In this document: positions 59,583-64,000 of the stretch, piece after piece | How the letters are laid out: every line of letters starts with the position of its first letter | Numbering within the stretch: position 1 is the first letter of the stretch | Assembly (NCBI GenBank): GCA_963925995.1 | Contig: CAWUVN010000031.1 | Span: forward strand, 8,683-72,682 | Origin: an uncultured Pseudomonadales bacterium | GTDB lineage: Bacteria > Pseudomonadota > Gammaproteobacteria > Pseudomonadales > Porticoccaceae | Direction of reading: 5' to 3' | DNA length: 64,000 nucleotides | Position numbers and translations under genes: made by a program | Notes under the pieces: generated by a model | Databases searched by the model: none | What the model was told of the DNA's origin: nothing | Seen by the model: only the letters and a program-made list of their open reading frames with translations

Positions 59583-59807
59583 TGGCGCTGGATTTTGAGT
59601 GACGTTTAGTTCGTTTCGATCTAAAAAAAACCAAAAAAAGCTAAAATTGATCTTAAAATAAATCAAAGCTAGAAGTTACTTTAACTTGCAGCCTTACTGT
59701 TATGTTTTACATTGTTAAATATTTTCCCCTATCGCCCGCCTTAAAACCAATCTATAGATAACCGCTGAACTTACTGATTTTATTAAGTTTTTCATCCTGT
59801 ATCCCCC

Positions 59808-59836
59808 TTGACATTGGTCAGTGCGGGCCATAATCT
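59808..59836 (+). promoter_or_regulatory. sigma70-type promoter of the dcw cluster (Pmra-like)
   Basis: TTGACA (59808-59813), a 17-nt spacer, then TAATCT (59831-59836). Confidence 0.6.
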
Positions 59837-59843
59837 GCATAAA

Positions 59844-59868
59844 TGGGTAAAAGTGGAAAAAAGTGGTG
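59844..59868 (+). promoter_or_regulatory. candidate MraZ operator: TGGnn repeats at exact 10-nt spacing
   Basis: TGGGT (59844), TGGAA (59854) and TGGTG (59864), each separated by aaaag. This resembles the E. coli MraZ-bound TGGGN direct repeats. Confidence 0.55.
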
Positions 59869-59913
59869 AAGTAGGGTTAATAAGAGTCATTAAATAGAGA
59901 GAAAGGGTTAAAA

Positions 59914-60381
59914 GTGTTTAGAGGTAGTGATCCAATCAATATGGACGCAAAGGGTCGGATGGCAATTCCGACTCGCTACCGAACCCTGTTTGAAGATATT
60001 TGCTCTAACGATCTGGTCATCACGATAGATATGAAGTCTGCTTGTTTGACGCTCTCTCCACTTCCAGAGTGGAAAAAATTTGAAGAGAAGGTCGCTGCGC
60101 TGCCGGCAATGGACGAGTTGGGTGAGATGCTCAGTCGCTTTGTTGTCGGTCAAGCCAAAGATTTACAGGTAGATGGTAGTGGTCGAATCCTGATTCCAAC
60201 AGAATTGCGAGACTATGCCGAGCTGGAGAAAAAGCTGGTGTTGGTCGGCCGTACGCAGCGCTTAGAAATCTGGTCAGAGAATAACTGGAATGCTGAGCGA
60301 GAGAAATCTCAGGAAAATTATCGCAGCATGTTGATAGATAAAGACAACATGTCTGATGCTCTTAAGAGCCTGTCTTGGTGA
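59914..60381 (+). CDS. mraZ: division/cell wall cluster transcriptional regulator MraZ
   Basis: MFRGSDPINMDAKGRMAIP contains the first of the two DxxxR SpoVT-AbrB repeats, and GSGRILIP contains the second. Confidence 0.95.
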   Translation: MFRGSDPINMDAKGRMAIPTRYRTLFEDICSNDLVITIDMKSACLTLSPLPEWKKFEEKVAALPAMDELGEMLSRFVVGQAKDLQVDGSGRILIPTELRDYAELEKKLVLVGRTQRLEIWSENNWNAEREKSQENYRSMLIDKDNMSDALKSLSW

Positions 60382-60392
60382 GGGACTTAGCT

Positions 60393-61334
60393 ATGGGTAG
60401 CGCCCAATCGGCCGAACATACAACCGTGCTGTTGCATGAAGCCATTGATGCTTTAGTCGTCGACCCCAATGGCTTTTATGTCGACGGTACCTTTGGTCGC
60501 GGTGGCCATTGTGCAGAGTTGCTATCTAGATTGTCCAGCAGCGGCCGAGTGCTAGCTATAGACAAAGACCCGCAGGCAATAGCAGCTGGGCATGAGCGTT
60601 TTAGTGAGGACAGCAGATTACAGTTATTGCACGGTACCTTTGCAGACCTTCACAGCATGGTTTCCGAGATGAATATGGCAGGCGAATTGTCAGGGGTGTT
60701 GCTTGATTTGGGTGTCTCTTCTCCTCAGTTAGATCAGGCTGAGCGCGGCTTTAGTTTTATGCGCGATGGCCCGTTGGACATGCGCATGGATACCAGTAAG
60801 GGCCTCTCGGCAGCGCAGTGGATTGCCAGCGCAGACGAGGAGGAGATTGCTCGTGTTATCAAAACATATGGCGAGGAGCGCTTTGCTCGACGAATGGCTC
60901 GTGCGGTTGTCGCTGAGCGAGCTAAGGCACCCATCGTCCGGACAGTGCAGTTGGCCGGAGTTTTGGCCGCAGCGCACCCTGCATGGGAGCGAGGGAGACA
61001 TCCCGCCACTAAGGCGTTTCAGGCTATCCGAATTTTTATTAACCGCGAGTTAGACGACCTTGAGGATTTGCTAGGACAGGTCATCGACAGTTTAAGGGTG
61101 GGCGGCCGACTAGTTGTCGTTAGCTTTCACTCATTAGAGGATCGGCGGGTAAAGCGTTTTATTCGCGATCAAGAGCAGGGTATCAAACTGCCGAAAAATC
61201 TGCCGATACGAGATATTGATCGTGGAGTGAGGCTGGTAAAAGTGGGGAAAGCTATAAAACCGGCAGCATCAGAGGTGGGTGGCAATGTTCGATCACGCAG
61301 TGCGGTGATGCGTATTGCTGTGCGCGTCGCCTGA
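60393..61334 (+). CDS. rsmH: 16S rRNA (cytosine1402-N4)-methyltransferase RsmH
   Basis: HTTVLLHEAIDAL, DGTFGRGGH and DLGVSSPQLD motifs. The ATG at 60393 follows GAGGGA. Confidence 0.95.
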   Translation: MGSAQSAEHTTVLLHEAIDALVVDPNGFYVDGTFGRGGHCAELLSRLSSSGRVLAIDKDPQAIAAGHERFSEDSRLQLLHGTFADLHSMVSEMNMAGELSGVLLDLGVSSPQLDQAERGFSFMRDGPLDMRMDTSKGLSAAQWIASADEEEIARVIKTYGEERFARRMARAVVAERAKAPIVRTVQLAGVLAAAHPAWERGRHPATKAFQAIRIFINRELDDLEDLLGQVIDSLRVGGRLVVVSFHSLEDRRVKRFIRDQEQGIKLPKNLPIRDIDRGVRLVKVGKAIKPAASEVGGNVRSRSAVMRIAVRVA

Positions 61335-61335
61335 G

Positions 61336-61605
61336 ATGGGCGACGCAAAACCAGTGGTGGTGCTTTGGCTTTTAGTGCTGGTTAGTGCGTTATCGGTTGC
61401 GTTTGTAAGCCACCTCTGCCGGCAGAAGTATGCGCAGCTGACAGAATTGGAGCGCGAAGCTAATCAGTTGCAGGTGGATTATGGCAAGTACCTTCTGGAG
61501 CACAGTGCCTGGGGGTCATTGCAGCGCGTTGAGACGATGGCGACGGTACGCCTCAATATGCGCAGTCCGCAGGCGCAAGAAATTTTGATTATTAAGCGGC
61601 AGTAG
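61336..61605 (+). CDS. ftsL: cell division protein FtsL
   Basis: Small bitopic protein with a TM segment and a coiled coil, located between rsmH and ftsI. The ATG at 61336 immediately follows the rsmH stop. Confidence 0.85.
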   Translation: MGDAKPVVVLWLLVLVSALSVAFVSHLCRQKYAQLTELEREANQLQVDYGKYLLEHSAWGSLQRVETMATVRLNMRSPQAQEILIIKRQ

Positions 61606-61678
61606 ATCGAGTTTTAGACGTTGTAAATACATGGTGCCCTAATCGGCTCGCAATAGATAAAAAAGGTAAGACAGAATC

Positions 61679-63433
61679 GTGGCCAAAAAACCGGTAGAGA
61701 CAGTTATACCGCGCTGGCGTTACTATTTAGTAATGCTAGCTTTGGTCTCTCTACCGATTGTGCTTGTTGCCAAGATTGCCCAGCTACAAATAATGCCTGA
61801 AGCCGAGCGTGGCGTAGATTTTTTGCAGACTCAGGGCGACGCGCGATCTATTCGTTTAGAGCCTATTCCAGCCTACCGAGGCCTGATTACCGATAGGAAT
61901 GGTGAGCCATTGGCGGTTAGCACGCCAGTGACTGAGCTGTTTGTAAATCCGCAGCATTTCCAAGAGTCCGCTACCCAGGCGGATTTGTTGGTGCTAGCTG
62001 AGGCCTTGGCGCTTTCGGCGACTGAATTAAAAGGTCGACTTCAGCGCTACCGCAATAAGGCATTTATGTCTCTGGCTCATCATCTGCCCGCTGTTGAGGC
62101 CGCAAAAATTCTTTCCCTTCAGATTCCCGGCGTCGAGGGTCGCTTGGAATACAAGCGCTTCTATCCTGCGGGCGAAGTTACGGCGCAATTAGTCGGCTTT
62201 ACTGATGTTGATGATGATGGTCAAGAGGGGATGGAGCTGGCCTACGATGCTTGGCTGGCAGGTGTGTCGGGTTCTAGGAAAGTGGTTAAAGACCGCGCGG
62301 GTCGAGTGATTAAGGACATTGCGCTGATTGAGTCTGCACATTCAGGCAAAACTCTGCGCCTCAGTATTGATTTGCGCGTGCAGTATAGCGCTTACCGTGC
62401 CTTGAAGGCTGCGGTACAAAAACATCAGGCTAAATCGGGTTCGGTGATTGTGTTGGATGTCGAGACTGGTGAGGTTCTGGCTATGGCAAATCAGCCGTCT
62501 ATGAATCCCAATGACCGCTATAATTTACAGTCAAGCTCGGTGCGTAACCGGGCTATGACCGATAGGATAGAACCGGGCTCCACGGTGAAGCCCTTCACTA
62601 TTTTGGCGGCTCTGGAAAGTGGTCAGTTTGATATTAATAGCAAAATTGATACGAGTCCTGGTTATATCAAGGTTGCCAATAAAATCTTTGATGATAGCAA
62701 TGATTACGGTCTGCTAGATTTGGGTGGTGTGCTGCGCAAATCGAGTCAGGTCGGTACCACCAAGTTAGCCCTCGCTTTAAATCCCGAGTCAACGCGAGAG
62801 CTGTTTGCGCGTATGGGTTTTGGTGAGAGTCTTGGTAGTGGCTTCCCGGGTGAGACAGCAGGTAGTTTACCGGCTCATCGCAATTGGGATCCCGTCACTC
62901 AGGCAACGTTTGCATTTGGCTATGGGTTGAGTGTTTCCCCTTTGCAGCTTGCTCGAGCCTATGCAATATTGGCCAGTAATGGCCAGCGCAAAGATATTTC
63001 ATTGTTGGCTATTGAGGGGCCGCCCGAAAGCGTCAAGGTAGCAGATGCTGAACTTGTCAAACAGGTTCGTCAGATGCTGCATGATGCCAGCAGTGACCAG
63101 GGTACAGGTAAGCGCGCCATGATTGAAGGCTACTCCGTCGGCGGTAAAACGGGAACGGCGCGCAAGACTAAGGCAACCGGGGGTTATGACGAAAATCGTC
63201 ATATGTCGGTTTTTGCTGGGTTGTCGCCGATAGATAAGCCACGTCTGGTAACCGTTGTTGTTATTGATGAGCCCAGTGAAAATGTTTACTACGGTGGTCT
63301 TGTGGCCGCGCCGGTATTTTCTGAGGTGACTGGTAATGCGCTGCGCTTACTGCAGGTCACGCCCGATCAAATAGATGTTAATCGTACCATCGCGAGCCTA
63401 CTTGCAGCCTCAAGAAAGCGAGGGGACTCATGA
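61679..63433 (+). CDS. ftsI: peptidoglycan D,D-transpeptidase FtsI (PBP3)
   Basis: N-terminal TM segment and class B PBP motifs STVKP, SSQ(V)G(T) and KTGT. GTG start. Confidence 0.93.
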   Translation: MAKKPVETVIPRWRYYLVMLALVSLPIVLVAKIAQLQIMPEAERGVDFLQTQGDARSIRLEPIPAYRGLITDRNGEPLAVSTPVTELFVNPQHFQESATQADLLVLAEALALSATELKGRLQRYRNKAFMSLAHHLPAVEAAKILSLQIPGVEGRLEYKRFYPAGEVTAQLVGFTDVDDDGQEGMELAYDAWLAGVSGSRKVVKDRAGRVIKDIALIESAHSGKTLRLSIDLRVQYSAYRALKAAVQKHQAKSGSVIVLDVETGEVLAMANQPSMNPNDRYNLQSSSVRNRAMTDRIEPGSTVKPFTILAALESGQFDINSKIDTSPGYIKVANKIFDDSNDYGLLDLGGVLRKSSQVGTTKLALALNPESTRELFARMGFGESLGSGFPGETAGSLPAHRNWDPVTQATFAFGYGLSVSPLQLARAYAILASNGQRKDISLLAIEGPPESVKVADAELVKQVRQMLHDASSDQGTGKRAMIEGYSVGGKTGTARKTKATGGYDENRHMSVFAGLSPIDKPRLVTVVVIDEPSENVYYGGLVAAPVFSEVTGNALRLLQVTPDQIDVNRTIASLLAASRKRGDS

Positions 63434-64000
63434 TGAGCCTATCGCAACGAAGCGCCATTACTCTGTTCGATCTAATGGCGGATTTTACTATGTCAGGTCA
63501 CTGTTATGACGTGAGTATAAACGGCATTGCGCTCGATAGCCGTCAGGTTGAAGAGGGAGATTTGTTCATTGCTGTTCAGGGCTCTCAGACCCATGGTGCC
63601 GACTATATCTCTCAGGCGATTGATCGTGGCGCCGTCGCTATCTTGGTCGACAGTACTGTCATCGACGATAGCGTTTTAATCAATCATTTGGTGCCCGTAG
63701 TTGGCATCGACAAGCTCATTGAACATGTTTCACATATAGCTGGGATTTTTTATGCTGTTCCGTCGCGAGAGATGGCTCTGACCGCTATCACTGGTACCAA
63801 CGGCAAAACGACCTGTTCTCGACTCTATGCAGCACTGGTCGAGGCCCTTCAGGTCAACTCAGCAGCCTTTATAGGTACCTTGGGTTACGGGATGATTAAC
63901 GCCAATGGTGGTCGTTTGCCCGCTCCATCTAATGCGGGGCTGACGACCCCCGATGCTGTCTCCATGCAGAGAATTCTTGAGGAGCTAAGAGTTGCGGGTG
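63430..64000 (+). CDS. murE: UDP-N-acetylmuramoyl-L-alanyl-D-glutamate--2,6-diaminopimelate ligase, N-terminal part (runs off the right edge)
   Basis: ATGATG overlaps the ftsI stop. DSRQVEEGDLFIAVQG and ITGTNGKTT motifs. Located after ftsI. Confidence 0.92.
   Translation, partial: MMSLSQRSAITLFDLMADFTMSGHCYDVSINGIALDSRQVEEGDLFIAVQGSQTHGADYISQAIDRGAVAILVDSTVIDDSVLINHLVPVVGIDKLIEHVSHIAGIFYAVPSREMALTAITGTNGKTTCSRLYAALVEALQVNSAAFIGTLGYGMINANGGRLPAPSNAGLTTPDAVSMQRILEELRVAG

Overview
Chromosomal segment of a gammaproteobacterium. About half the bases are G+C in the lines I hand-counted. Gene order resembles Pseudomonas and marine Cellvibrionales/Oceanospirillales genomes; this taxonomic placement is an inference from synteny only. 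The window is mostly housekeeping: metG/apbC, dcd, purNM, hda, sppA, wrbA-arsC, suhB/trmJ, the complete iscRSUA-hscBA-fdx-iscX cluster, ndk-rlmN-pilW-ispG-hisS-yfgM-bamB-der, xseA/guaBA, epmB, tadA/mltF/purL, RNase P RNA (rnpB), and the start of the dcw cluster (mraZ-rsmH-ftsL-ftsI-murE). Less conserved insertions are: (1) an AT-richer three-gene islet at 1180-2840 plus a lipoprotein gene; (2) an Ada-like gene, a permease and a membrane protein-DUF3604-PpiC-HupE operon at 16-22.7 kb; (3) a GGDEF-EAL gene; and (4) a lactonase/dehydrogenase/TonB-receptor block at 45.8-51 kb. No defense system, CRISPR array, prophage, IS element or tRNA gene is visible. The most unusual signal is non-coding. A ~158-nt long-hairpin element occurs twice (15768-15925 and 58747-58903). 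Its stems differ between the copies by paired compensatory substitutions, while its asymmetric internal loops are identical. Each copy sits in a ~290-nt homologous module that begins with GTCAT-headed palindromic units. Those GTCAT units form a REP-like family found in at least seven intergenic regions of this window. Other observations include an 11-nt perfect inverted repeat positioned to sequester the RBS and start codon of the TonB-dependent receptor, tandem IscR operators, MraZ-type operator repeats, and a 15-bp x3 tandem repeat upstream of the GGDEF-EAL gene. All protein calls rest on recognising motifs and family sequences by eye; no database search was run.
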